This document shows, piece by piece, positions 11,641 to 25,275 of a stretch of DNA of 64,000 nt. Within the stretch, counting starts at the first letter, position 1, and each line of letters begins with the position of its first letter. Where the stretch lies: positions 18,664,001-18,728,000 of the forward strand of contig NC_086118.1 of assembly GCF_963921235.1 (NCBI RefSeq), in the 5' to 3' direction. Source of the DNA: Mobula hypostoma. Its lineage: Eukaryota. A model generated the notes under the pieces. The model worked only from the letters and a program-made list of their open reading frames with translations, was not told the origin of the DNA and searched no databases. The position numbers and the translations under genes are program-made.

Positions 11641-12869
11641 TATTATTTTTATTCTATTTTTGTTCAATTATGCCATTTACGGAGAAGCTGGGTACTTATA
11701 TGTGAAGAAAGGAATAGAAAGAAATGCTATTCTGGATGTTACAGGGAGGGAGGGACATCACGAGGAGCCTAAAGAACTGGCTTTGACTATTTAGCCACTG
11801 TAGCGTTTTCTTTTGTGCTTTAAATTTCGGGCGTATCTGCATGCTGTATCTGTACAGCTGATGTTTTCAAAGCAGGATAAGACGCAATGATGATAGAAAA
11901 GAACTAATATTTATTTGGATGGCATTGCAGATAGAGGCAGCAATAGTGTAAGTGTTATCAAAACGTTCATCCTTCTACAAATGTCATGCCAGTATCTGAT
12001 TTTTTTTTTATTCTGTGCATTGCAACTCAGATACTACAGTGCACCAAGTAGGGACATACAGACACTTGTAGGAATTTAAATGAGTCTTTCATACCGTAAT
12101 TAATTTTATGAATATAAATCTTAATTATAGATGAAAGTGAAGGCTTTGACAGCATCAATATTTGGAGCTCTAGTTTGTTTAGGTAAAAAAGGGCTTTCAG
12201 TATCAAAAACTATTGAAAGGTGAGGCACCAACAGGAACTGTACTTAACATTCAAACAATGTACATTCTATTCTGCTAATGATATTGAATCTCACTGGAGC
12301 AGTACATTGGTAGGAGGGTGGCTGCTGTGCATACCTAGTACTGGTGCAAGATCAGTAAAACTGCCGACCATAGATTTTGAATGAAGTGCTTGGGAATATC
12401 AATACCAACATCAACAGCCTCCTGTGAGCCGGATAGTAAACAAACTGAATAAACTACCTAAAATCAACTGATCGACACCAATAAGGATACCCAGGTTTGA
12501 TCTTTGATTTGTGATGAGTTTACTTTCTCTATTTATTTGAAGGGATGTAGGTTCCATTTGTCAGGCCAACATTGATTGCACGCCCTTAATTATACTTGCT
12601 ATTATTTTAATCTGGCAATTTTAATACAGACAAAGACCTTGCAAGGCTATTTAACAGGGCAATTAAGAGTTAAGCACATCAATGGGTCTAAAGTCAAATT
12701 TAGGTCATATCAGGTAAGGAGAGCAAATTTTATGTTCTGAAGGCCACTGTCATCCAGACAGATTTTACAAGTATCCAGTAGTTTCACAGCATCTGAATGT
12801 CTTTTAATTAATTGATAATTTAACTGCATTAAAATTGTACAGCTCTTGTGATTATAAATTAAGGTTGTC

Positions 12870-13390
12870 AGAGCTGGAGGAGGTAGCTCCCACTACCTAT
12901 TGCATGTTCAAAATGGCGTCCATCCCAAATAGTCTCTGACAACCAGGTTTAGCTCCTGGCCTTCACGTATGGCTTAGCTAATAAACCTCACAGAAGCATT
13001 TCTGCTGACAGGAGAACAGGCAAAAGTGAAGGTGGGTTACTGGTGCCTTGAAAACTAATCACTTCATCGGCCATGGTTGTCCGTTCATCTAAGAGAAGCA
13101 GAATTTTAGTCTCAAACTTCCACTGCTTTGCGGGAAGGCTTTGGGAGTAAACCCTGAGGAAAAATCGGGAGCTAGAGTCCCTAAGGCAGTCCTGTGTTGG
13201 GTTCAATGCTGACTGGCATCTTCTGCAACACCGCTAATGCCAAACTGTATTGGCCTCTTCCATTCCTTTGCATTCATCAGCAGCATGGGCAACAGCTTGA
13301 TTTCCATTTCGTACTGCCCTGGCTTGTACATGATAGATAGAAAGCAACATCCATGGTCGACCTTGACCAACGGAGGGTCCCACTCACTCC
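12870..13390 (+). mobile_element. Non-autonomous RTE-related retroposon, copy 2
   Basis: Homologous to 2540-3100; retains the ggccttcacgtatggcttag segment that is deleted in copy 1; cactcact tail. Confidence 0.6.
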
Positions 13391-14849
13391 TGTGATATAG
13401 TTTGAACTCTCATCACTAAGGCCAACTGATTATCAATCCTGTGATTTCGTGTGCTATCATTCCATTCCTTTAACTTTAGCAACAGCAGTGTACAGGGTGC
13501 TAATACAATAAGTGAAATGCCCAAGGAAATCTCACAGGAGCGTTATCAGCCTTAACCTGAAATGGAGCCACTAAGAGTAAGCATGTGGAGAAAATATTTC
13601 TTAACGAGAGGCAGAGAAACATAAGTTGGGAATTTCAAAGTTTACGTTAAAAAAATCAAAATGATGGAACTGGAGGGTAGCAGAACCATTAATTAGTGGT
13701 TGGTCTGGAGACAGAGGCAGAAAGAGGTGTGTGATTTGAAAGCAATAATATGAATATTAAAGTCTAGAATTCAGCCAGACCAGCAATGTGAATCATTGAG
13801 TTTAATGGTGATTGGCAAACAGGTTGGTTTACAGGCAATAACCTCAGTTTGAATGACACTTACAGTGAATGCAAGGCTGATGGTTCACCCTAATAAATTG
13901 GATGTGTTCTGTATGAGAAGGAAATGATTGAGGGTTTCAGTAGCATTTGAAGGGAGACAGGAGAACAGATTTGGTGTTTAAGACATAACTCAGTAATGGA
14001 CATGATGAATTCAAGGAAAGATAGAAGAAATGTGAAGTTACAACTTGCCTGGATCCATCTCTGTGGAAAAGCATGAAGCCAGTGGCTCCAGAACTGAACT
14101 GTGACGATAATTTAGTCTCTCCAATAACCGACTGGAAGAAACTTCAACTCTGAGCAGGAAGGATCAAGAGGTGATAGTAAGGTAAAGCAATATGTGGTGA
14201 CTGTGTACATGGCTACAGCTGATGTTTGCAGGAACATCACATTAATAAGAACTAGGAGGGTTGAAGAAGAAATAAAGTTTATGTTGTGGTCTGCCTCTGC
14301 ATAGTAAGTCAAGGTTGTTAAAAACTTGCTGTAAGTTACCTTGCTGTTTTTACAAATATGCACTGAAAACTTCTACCTGGAAACACAATGAACAGTGTGA
14401 AATTTACTCTGCTTACATTACAGATTCCCACCAAGGGTGCCAGTAGAACTTAGGTCTTATCCATACCATCGTAAGTCAAAAGCACAATACAACCGTAAGT
14501 CAAAAGCAGAAAATTTTTCTGGCACTGAATGTTAACCTTAAAATTGTAAAGTCAAATTTATTTTCAAAGTTTAATTACCGCTCTCAGCTTTTTTTAAATA
14601 AATGTTTCTTTCCAATTTTTTCTCTCATATTTCATTTTAATCCTCTATACTTTTCAACACTTTATTGAATAACAGACCCTTCTTCTTTCGGCCTTAATGT
14701 TGCTCATTGCTTCCCCTTCCTTTTAAATAGCTAGCCTTGTTCAAATGCACCCGTGATCTACTGCCGCAAGCACTGCACTGCAATTTGCAGTAAGCACAGT
14801 GTGGATATATGGCAGCATAGTAATTAAAGTACTGAACTTACTTACAGAG

Positions 14850-15080
14850 ACCTGGATTACTGATGTGGAGATGCAATTTTGAATTATAAAACAACTGGGA
14901 AGTTAAAATTCAAGTCATTAAATCTAGAATGAATGGTAATGTTGAATCTACTGCATGGTCATGAAAGCCCATATGGTTCACTAGTACACTTGCAGGAAAG
15001 AAATCTGTTATCCTTAAGATACTGTTGTCTATGTGTGACCAATGTAATGTGGTTGATTCTTCACTGCCCTTGAATGGACA
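14850..15080 (+). mobile_element. Ancient SINE remnant (SacSINE/DeuSINE-like); related remnants near 12540-12800 and 35500-35780 (minus)
   Basis: Degenerate tggttcactagt...gcaggaaagaaatctgttatcctta motif, also seen reverse-complemented near 35650-35700; family recalled from memory. Confidence 0.4.
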
Positions 15081-15644
15081 TATTGCAACACCCACAGCTC
15101 AGAATGATAGACCCCAATAAGATTTCTCAGTAAATGCACTGGATGTCAGACGGCTTTTGTTTGTCTGTTGAATGTGTATCTATTCACCATTCTTTGGTGG
15201 TAGAAGAAAGGGGTTGGTCAAACTCATTTTTCTTTGAGCCGGTGTTGATGTTCCTAAAATCTGAAGTAAACCTTAACATCCCTGAATTAGTCACAATGGT
15301 TCAAACCACCGCCCAAAACATACTAAGAAATAATTGGCTTTGAATTCATTCATCAAGAAAAGGATAAAGAGGATAGGTAATGTGGGCAAACTGGCAAATA
15401 ATATGAAAATACTATTTACATCAGACACATAAAAGAATTACAACATGCACAGATGATAAAATATAAAGATTGTTAGAAAAAGAAGTTATGGAAATCTTTG
15501 CCCTGGTACATCAGCAAGAATTGTATCTGCTTAGTGCCCTCATCAGCCAAATATTGGATGTTTTCTTATACAGTATGACATGGTGCTTCATACTTCTTAA
15601 AGCTTGGGGCTCAGATACATCAACTAGCTTGTACCTTAACAAGT

Positions 15645-16270
15645 GGGAGGAGAAAGTGCAGCGCGCCACGCGTGCCCAGCCCTCCGGTGAAAAATGATAT
15701 CGTATCCGTTAAATAGGGGCCATGGACAATTCTGATTTGATGGAGACAGACGTGAAAGCACAGAGGAACATCTGGAGAAATTTCTGAAACGCTCGTTCAC
15801 TGCTGTTATTACTGTACGATCGTGAATCTTCCGGAGGGAAGGCCTCAAAATCCCCGGCTTTGCCTGCTGTTGGCAACCGAGATTGAGGTCGAATTGCTCG
15901 GATAGAGATAGTGCTCGGTACTCGGAGTCGGAGAGCTGATCGGAGGCTCGAAGTTTTCGGATGACTCAGAGTCCGATTGTGGTCGGGCATGGCAGGGAGA
16001 GTTTTTCTTCCTTCTCCCATCTGCGTGAGATGTGGGACATTTGAGAGACTTTCAACTTTTACTGTGCTCATGGACTGTTCTTCATTAAGTTATGGTATTG
16101 TTGCACTGTTGTAACTATATGTTATAATTATGTGGTTTTATTAGTTTTTTCAGTCTTTGTCTGTCCTGTGTTTTGTGATATCACACCGGGGGAATATTGT
16201 ATCATTTCTTAATGCATGCATTACTAAACGACAATAAAAGAGAACTGCGTGTCTTCGTAATCTATATCTA
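15645..16270 (+). mobile_element. CpG-rich non-coding (non-autonomous) retroposon with a Rex1-like 3' end
   Basis: Sharp CpG-rich island in an AT-rich background; 3' end aaacgacaataaaa...aatctatatcta resembles aaatgacgataaaa at 58886-58899; no credible ORF. Confidence 0.55.
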
Positions 16271-16299
16271 TAACCCATCTAGAACATAGCTTCCATTAT

Positions 16300-16922
16300 T
16301 CACACCATGAAAAGCTATTTCATTTTAATTCCGATTTTCATTCCCTTTCTGACATGTTGGTCCATGGGCTCCTTTTGTGCCAAGGTGAGGTCAAGGTCAG
16401 GGTGGAGGAGCAACACCTTAATATTCTACAAAGTTGCTGGTAACTTTGATGTGTGTTGCTTGAATTTCCAGCATCTGCAGAATTCCTGTTGTTTGCGACC
16501 TTAATATTCAGTTAGGGTAGCCTCCAACCTGATGGTATGAATATCGATTTCTTCTTCTGCTAAAAAAATTATTCCCTCTCCCTCCTCCGTTTTTATATTC
16601 TCCTCTCTGGCCTCTTTTCTCTTCTCATCTGCCTATCACCTTCCCTGGGTCCCCTCCTCCTTCCCTTTCTTCTACAATCCACTTTCCTCTCCTATCAGAT
16701 TCCTTCTTCTCCAGCCCTTGACCTTTCCCACCCACCTGGTTTCACACATCACATTCCAGCTATCTTCCTTCCCCCCTCCCCCCAACTATTTTATTCTGGT
16801 ATCTTCCCTTTTCCTTTCCAGTCCTGAACAAGGGTCTTTGCTTGAAATGTCAACTATTTATTCACTTCCATAGATGCTGCCTGACCTGTTAAGTTCCTCT
16901 AGCATTTTGTGTGTGTTGCTTG
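16300..16922 (+). mobile_element. Penelope-like element 3' part (end of GIY-YIG region, CT-rich tract, terminal repeat) containing a 71-bp nested insert
   Basis: Matches 53560-54060; insert 16427-16497 is flanked by the duplicated accttaatattc (16415-16426 and 16498-16509). Confidence 0.85.
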
Positions 16923-19900
16923 ACAGTTCTCAGTTTTGTATGTAATCTTGTTTCTGAGTCAAATCTAGGCTAGAACTGCAGATGTTTGTGGGTAGTGACA
17001 ACATGACAATCAAAACACTACTGAGGGCCATGTACATTGACAAAAAATCTTAAGATTTCTCATAGATTTTGCCACTGCCATTCCTTTTGTATTCTAACCT
17101 TGCTTTCCAGTTGTTGTCTTCTGAAATCCTTCACTTCCCCCATTGTTACGTTACAGTACAGTATCTTGATACTAAACATTTACAAGTTTCTGATTTGGTT
17201 CAGCAATTCCATTCATTTTAGTAGACAGCAATAGTGATGGTACAGGCAGTTTCCGATAATTTACATTTGCTGAATTAATTGAACTTAAAAGTATTTAACT
17301 GTTCTTGTGTTTTAATTATTTTAAATGTAATGTGAATGCTCATCTTTTAAATGTTTTAGTATTTGTTTGCAATATTAATTATATTAATTATTAATAGCTT
17401 TTTTTTGAAATGTTTGTGAAAGTAGGCCAGATTTTTTGCTCAGGTACTGAGGGGGACTTAAATCCACAACTTTCTCTTTTGGGGAAAACTAATACCAACT
17501 CAGCCACTAGAACCTTCTTTGAAAATATTCAGCCTCAGTGAAATCTGACGATGTGCATGTATTTTAATTGACTTTGCCCACTACTAGAATCTATTAAGCT
17601 CACAGATTTGTTGTGGCTTTCGTTGTGTAAGGTTGCATTAAAAATATACCTCTTGAGGGTCACTACCTTGCTGGTCAATCTTGACTTATACAACAAATAG
17701 GTCATGTGTTTTAAGTTTGTTTAATCTAGGTACTGTATATTTAATATTTGCAGGTCTGCATGAAACTGTAATCCCTACGTTCTGTCTGGTTTGATTATAT
17801 GTCAGAATTTTCATTCCTATTGTGTTGATCAAAGCAATTCCTGTCACTGCTGGGATCAGAGCTCTTCATTTGTTCATCTAATAATAGAGCATGTCTTGAT
17901 CAAACCTGTTGAGAGTTAGAAACAGTAGGGTGTGGCAATGGGGGTGCTGGTGTTAGAGGTAGGACTAACTGCAGATGGATGGCTGGGTGCTTGCAAGAAG
18001 TATAGAATTTTAAATTACAGATCTAACACCACCTTCAAAAATTTGCCCTTTACAGACATGCATCATAAAATGTTGAGGGGGTGGAGGTGTGGTTGGGGCA
18101 GGTAGTGAGGAAATGATTTATCCATACTCGGGAAGTTGATCACAAGCAGAGGAATAGATGACCAACCACACATGGGGGGTGGATTAAGAGCATTTGATGT
18201 ATTCACTCGCAGAGGTAAAATAGTGACTAATGCACTCTCAGTTGGACAGTTGAGCAACAGACAACAGACAATCATTCAATGCTCATGACTTGCATTGGCC
18301 AGTGCAACCTTTATAGGAGGTTGTGAATTTCCATTTAAGTGCTGCTTTGGTTTGTAACTTTTGGAAGCTGTGGTAGGCCAAAAGAAGTGGGAAAACTGTG
18401 AATTTATACAATAAGTGTTTTTCTCCATTCAGCATCCCAATTTCCCACCCCAAAGGGGACTTGAACCCAGCACCATCTGATTACATCTCCCTCCTCACCA
18501 TAGTTTCAGATGCTGCCAACCAATCTCGAACTCCTCTTACATGGTCTTTGTCTAACCATTCTTGCTTTTCTCATAGAGACACAGGGGACTGCAGACACAC
18601 AAATTTGGAGCAAAAAAAGTATCTGCTGAACAGGAATTGTCAATATTGCAGGTTGAGAACCTGCATTAAGACCGTATTGACAATTCCTTCTCCCCCACAG
18701 ATGCTACTCGACCTACTGAGTTCCTCCAGCAGTTTGACTTTACTGTTCTGATGATCCTAGGCTGGAAGAGTAAGTAAATCTTTCATTAACAAGTAAGTGT
18801 GCCTAAATCCCGAACCCAGAAGGCAGAAGAATGCCTATTTTCTGTGGTTTTCTTCATAAAACAGTTTTATGGGTCTGTTATATTACCATTGCAACACACA
18901 TTTACGAGTACTGCTTGGTTTAGTACTGAATCTCCAACCTACTATAAGATAGAGATCTTCTAAATCCGCAGTTCTCCGAGAGCCTCAATAGCTTATCTAA
19001 GATGCTTAAGGACTTCTCCAAATCATCTTCACTTACTTTTTGTTGCCAATCACAATGAAAACCTTCAAAAGAAGTTTTGAATTGTAACAGTGTAAATTTT
19101 GTTTACTAATATTTCTCCCGGGCCAGTGAATGAATCTGACACATTCTACTAGTAACTCAGAACAGCAGATGTTAATCTATCATCCAGACTGCTTTGAACC
19201 AGGTGTTGAATTCTCAGTTTATTTTACAGCTACAGTTCACATACACTTTTCATATATTGAAACCGCTCTGAGAGGAGCAGTTTTGCTAATCACGGAACAG
19301 TTTAGCAGGCCAGTCAAAACAATGCTTGCCCATGCAAAAGAAGCTGATTTGTTTCTTTCTAGATGCTTTCTTACACCTGCTTGTCTACTTTCCTATTACA
19401 GTATCTCATTTTCATCTAAGAGTTCAGACAATGATGCCTGACTACACAACCTCAAGTGCCTGCTGCTTTCAACACAAAGGATGTAAGAGCTGTAAAAACA
19501 AGGAACATCGGCCATTTCCAATTTTCCATTAATCTTCATGTTGCATGGTCAAAATAAATTCCAGTACTCTCAGACTTCTAAATGTTTGAAATAAGATTAC
19601 AAGAAGAGCCCAGAGATTAAACCCGCACACTCTTGTGTTCTGGATGTCTTTGCTTTAACCTGCTAGCTGCTGTAGTATATCTACTATGATAGGATATTGG
19701 AAGCAAGCAACATTAGCTGCAGGCTCATAGGTGGCTTATAGCAAACATCTGATGGTACAGCAGTGCTCTGATGCTCAGTAATGTGGCAACCATAGAAGCT
19801 GATGTCCTTTGGGGTAGTTACATTTTTATCAGACCTAACTAGAGGAGAGAAGGAAGCCAGCAATCATGTGGTGGTGATCCTTTAATTGAGCACATGTATT

Positions 19901-20599
19901 AATGTTCAAATTGATTTTTGAATAGTTTTCACATTCATTTGCTAAAATTGGTTCTATTCCCTGATTTTAACTTGATCACAAATGTGAATCTGACATGTGA
20001 ACAAAATGGCAGATTGAAATTCAACCTAGTTATATTTCTGCACCTTGGTTTTAACATACATTCAAATTCAGGACATCTTATTGTTTGGGATCTCAATGTC
20101 ATACATCCTGTTGAAAGAACTAATACTGCCATTGGCAATTTGTAATTTTTTAAAGGCAATATTCATTTCATAGAGTATAGTAAATAATTAATTCATAGTT
20201 ATATAATCCTCATACACCATGCTTAAGAAATTATTGGCATCCAGAAATATTGACGGAAGCGGGTCAGAGAAACAACGATGCAGGTGTTCAGCATAGTTTA
20301 ATCTGCTGGCAGATTGACTAGTATAGTCAAACATTTTGACTTTAGGGCAAAGTGGCACAGCATGGTTAAGAGAGTAATTTTAGTCCTTGCAATCTGGGCA
20401 CAAACCTTCTTAGACAAAGATAAATTAAGATTGTTTTCTGTCACAGACACCTGTCAAGTAAACTAATTTGAAAACTCGAGCATTATCATGAATTAATAAT
20501 ACATAACAACAAATCAAGGGTTATAATTTTGACTCATTTGTGAGAGAACCACAGAATGGTTATAGCATAAATAAAGGCCATTTGGTCTGCTAAATCTCC

Positions 20600-22520
20600 A
20601 TAAAACCAGAATAAGGCCATTCGGCCCATTGAGTCTGTCCCACCATTCATTCATGGGATATTTATTGTCCTTTTCAACCCTATTCTCTAGCCTTCACCCT
20701 GCAACCTTTAACAACGTTACTAATCAAGAACCTATCAACCTCCACTTTAAATGACTTGACTTGACCTTCACAGCCATCTATGGCAATGCATTCCACAGAT
20801 TTCCCACTCTCTGACTAAAGAATTTCCTCCTCATCTCTGTTTGAAAGGGATGTACCTCTATTCTGAGGCTGTGTCCTCTGTCCTAGACTCCCCACCATAG
20901 GAAACATCCTCTCCATATCCACTTTATCTAGGCCTTTCAATATTCTAAAGGTTTTAATGAAATTTACCCTCATTCTTCTAAACTCCAATGAGCACAGGCC
21001 CAGAGTCATCAAACACTTCTGATATGTCAACCTTTTCATGCCTGGGATCATTCTTGTGAACCTCCTCTGGATCTTCTCCAATTCCAGCGCATCCTTTCTT
21101 AGATAAGCAGCCCAAAACTGCTCACAATACCCCAAGTATCTTTTGACCAATGCCTCAGAAAGCCTCAGCATGACATCCTTGCTTTTATATTCTAGTCCTC
21201 TTGAAAAGATTGCTAACATTGCAATTGCCTTCCTCACCACTGACTCAGCCTGCAAGTTAAACCTTAAGAAATCCTGCTTGAGAGCTCCCAAGTCCCTTTG
21301 CACCTCTAATTTCTGAATTTCCCTCATTTAGAAAATAGTCTACGCTTTTGTTCCTTCAACCAAAGTGCATGACCGTATACTTCAGTACACTATATTCTAT
21401 CTGCCACTTCTTCTCCCATTGTCTAAGTCCTGCAGACTCCCTGCTTCCTCAACACTACCTGCCCCTCCACCTATCTTCTTATCATCTGCGAACTTGGCCA
21501 CAAATCTATCAATTTCATCATCCAAATCCCTGACATATAACATGAACAGAAGTGGTCCCAACACAGACCTCTGCAGAGCAGTACTACTCATTAGTACCCA
21601 ATCAGACAAGGCTCCCTTTATTCACATCCTGCACCTCCTGCCAGTCAGCCAATCTTCTATCCATGCTAGTATCTTTCCTGTAATACTATGAGGGCTTATT
21701 TTGTTAAGTAGCCTCAGGTGTGCCACTTTGTCAGAGGCTTTCTGAAATTCCGAGTAAGCAACATCAAATAACTCTCCTTTGTAAACTCTGCCAGTTATTT
21801 CTTGAAAGAATTCCAATTGATTTGTCAAGCAAGATTTCTGCTTAAGGAAACCATGCTGACTTCAGCCTACTTCATCATGTGCCCCCAGCTAGCCCGAATC
21901 ATGGACTCCTCCCTAATCATGGACTCCAACATCTTCCCCAGCCACTGAAGTTTGGCTAAATGGCCTACGATATTCTGCCCTTCTTAAAGAGTGGAGTAAC
22001 ATTTGCAATTTTCCAGTCCTCTGGAACCATTCCAGAATCTAGTGATTCTTGAAAGATCTCTGCTAGTGCCTCCATAATCTGTTCAGCTACCTCTTTCAGA
22101 ACCCTGGGGTGTAGTCCATCTGGTCCAGCTGCCTCATTTACCTTCAGGCCTTTCAGCTTGTTAAGCACTTTCTCCTCAGTAATGGTGACTACGCTCACTT
22201 CTGAATCCTGACATTCTCGAATTCCTGGCATACTGCTGGTGTCCTTAATAGTGAAGACCGATGCAAAATACTTATTATATTCATCCACCATTTCTTTGTC
22301 TCTCATTATACTACTGAAGTTTAAGAACTACTAGACAGGTATATGGAGGAATCTACCATGGGGGCTTATATGGGAGGAAGGGTTTGAGGGTTGGCACAAC
22401 ATTGTGGGCCGAAGGGCCTGTACTGTGCTGTACTATTCTATGTTCTATGTATTATTACCTCTCCAGTGTCATTTTCTGGCAGTGCATATCCATTCTCTAC
22501 TCGCTCTATCCAGCTAGTCG
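20600..22520 (-). mobile_element. CR1 LINE (degenerate ORF2 RT region and 3' UTR)
   Basis: ORF pieces GPDGLHPRVLKE...WKIANVTPLFKKG, SVLGPLLF...KFADDKKIGG and QRRFTRMIPGM; many frameshifts. Confidence 0.95.
22310..22450 (+). mobile_element. CR1 3' end inserted into the larger CR1
   Basis: gggccgaagggcctgtactgtgctgtactattctatgttctatg terminal hairpin and tail; host CR1 sequence resumes afterwards. Confidence 0.8.
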
Positions 22521-23634
22521 CAATCCCAGTTCTCTCCCTGTACCCCAAAATATCTTTTGTCATGTGATACTCACTAGAACTCCCTTTTGAATTCCACATT
22601 TAAATCTGCCATCACTATTACCCCAGCATTGCATTTCAGACCTTAATCATTCATCTCTTAATGCCATCATTACAAACTCTCTCTCTCCCTCTCACTCACT
22701 CTCTCTCTCCTCCCTCTGATTTGATTTTACCCTTCAAGATTTTAAATACCCCTATCAGACCTCATTGAAACTTCATTTGAACATTTCAATTCACTCCATG
22801 TGATAATAAGAAACATTTGTGAACATAGACATAACAAAGGCTGTGGAACCAGACAATGTTGTTGCTGTAGTTCTGAAGGCCTGTTCTGCAGATCTAGCCA
22901 AGCTGTTCCGGTATCTGGTATAACTGCAATTCTGGAATCTACCCAATATTGTTGAAAGTTATCCCAGAATGTCCCGTTCACAAAAAAAGCAGGAAAAGTC
23001 CAGTCAGGTTATTAATCACCCAATAAGATTACTCTCAATCACTCATCAAAAAAAGATGGAAGTTATCAACGATAGTGTTGCCAAGTTAACATTTCCTTAT
23101 GAATACTCTGCTCACAGCTGTCCATTTTAACATTTTCCAGGACCGCTTCTCATATCCTTTGTCCAAACATGGACCAAAGAGCTGAATTCCTCAAGTGAAG
23201 TGAGAATAGTTGGACATCAAGCTCTGGTAGAATTCAAGCTCTGGTAGAATTACCAGACAGGAAAGTGAGAGTAGTCCAATGTGTGTAGTCACACCTGGCA
23301 CAAAGGCTGTGGTTCCTGGGAATCAAACATCCCATACCCAGAATGTTAGCTCAGGTGTAGCCAGGGCAGTGACCTGACCCAACTATCTCCAACTGCTTCT
23401 TCAAGACATTTCTTCCATTGTTAGGTCTGATGTAGGGATATTTGCTGATGATTATGATACCTCATATACAGTATGTCCCACAGTTACTCTCTCAGGCTTC
23501 CCGAGCAGTATCTCTCAAGTGCATGGACATGGTAGTGGCCACGTGGAACGCACCACCACCTACAAATTCCCCTTCTTGGAAATATATCACAAATCCTTAA
23601 TCATCACTGGGTCTAATCTACCTACAGGAAAGAT

Positions 23635-24830
23635 ATCAGATCAGAACCAGGTTTGTTATCACTGGCATGTGTTGTGAAATTTGTTAACTTTGCAGCAGCA
23701 GTTCAATGCAATACATAACATAGAGGAAAAATATATACAAGTAAATAAGTAAATCAATTACAGTATATATATTGGAAATTAAAAATTGTACAAAACAGAA
23801 ATAATACATATTGAAAAAGTGAGGTAGTGTTCACAGTTTCAATGTCCATTTAGGAATTGGATGGCAGAGGGGAAGAAGCTGTTCCTGAATCACTGAGTGT
23901 GTGCCATCAGGCTTCCGTACCTCCTACCTGATAACAGTGAGAAAAGGGCATGCCCTGGGTCTTTAATAATGGACACTGCCTTTCTGAGACACCGCTGCTT
24001 GAAGATGTCCTGGGTACTTTGTAGGCTAGTATCCAAGATGGAGCCAACCAAACTTATAACTCTCTGCAGTTTCTCTCGGTCCTGTGCAGTAGCCCCCCAA
24101 CCCCCATACCAGACAGTGATGCAGCCTGTCAGAATGCTCTCCATGGTACACCTATAGAAGTTTTTGAGTGTTTTTGTTGAAATACCAAATCTCTTCAAAC
24201 TCCTAATGAAGTATAGCTGCTGTGTTGCCTTCTTTATAGCTGCTTCGATATGTTGGGACGAGGTTAGATCCTCAGAGATCTTGACACCCAGGAACTTGAA
24301 ACTGCTCACTCTCTCCACTTCTGATCCCTCTTTGAGGATTGGTATGTGTTCCTTTGTCTTACCCTTCCTGAAGTCTACAATCAAATCTTGTGTCTTACTG
24401 ATCTCGAATGTAAGGTTGTTTTTGCAATACCACTACACTAATTGGCATATCTCGCTCCTGTGAGCCGTCTTGTCTCCATCTGAGATTCTACTGACAATGG
24501 CTGTATCATCGGCAAATTTATAGATGGTACTTGAGCTATTCCTAGCCACACAGTCATGGGTATAGAGAGAGTATAGCAGTGGGCTAAGCACACACTCTTG
24601 AGGTGTACAAGTATTGATCATCACCTATCCACACGGATTGTGGTTTTCCAGTTAGGAAGTCAAGGATCCAAATGCAGAGGGAGGTACAGAGGCCCAGGTT
24701 CTGTAACTGATCAATCAGGACTGTGGGAATGATGGTGTTGAATGCTGAGCCATAGTTGATGAACAGCATCCCGACATAGGTGTTTCTATTGTCCAGGTGG
24801 TCTAAGGGCGTGTGAAGCGCCATTGAGATT
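23635..24830 (-). mobile_element. Rex1/Babar-type LINE, 5'-truncated
   Basis: ORF pieces [26 protein letters not shown]...KFADDT and MIVDFRK...VSSFKFLGVKISEDL...LYFIRSLKRFG. Confidence 0.93.
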
Positions 24831-24869
24831 GGTTCTCAATGAGACTGAAGATATTGCCCAGACCTGAAC

Positions 24870-25275
24870 ACCTGAATTATAGGGAAGGTTGAATATGTTG
24901 GGACTTTATTCCTTGGAGTGTAGGAGAATGAGGGGGGGATTTAATAGAGGGATGGAAAATTATTAGGGAAATACATAAGCTGAATGCAACAGGCTTTGTA
25001 CACTCAGGCTGGCTAAAACTAGAACTAGTTATGGGTAAAAAATTAAATATTTAAGGGAACTCCTTCACTTAGAGGATGATGCGAGTGGAATGAGCTGCCA
25101 GTGGAAGTAATGGATGAGGGTATGACTGCAACATTTTAGAGAAGTTTGGATAAGTACAAGGATGGGAGAGGTAGGAAGCGCTATAGTCCAGGTGAGGGTG
25201 GATGGGACTAGGCAGAATAATAGTTTAGCACGGACTAGAAGGGTCTGTTTATTGGCTGTAGTGTTCTATGACTCC
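24870..25275 (+). mobile_element. CR1 3' fragment
   Basis: ggactttattccttggagtgtaggagaatgagggggg (GLYSLE.RRMRG) followed by the CR1 3' UTR and ttctatgact tail. Confidence 0.85.

Noticed and set aside
23217..23250. 17-bp tandem duplication (similar short duplications near 14470-14508 and 21897-21928)
   Set aside because: Ordinary slippage duplications with two units only; not CRISPR-like arrays.
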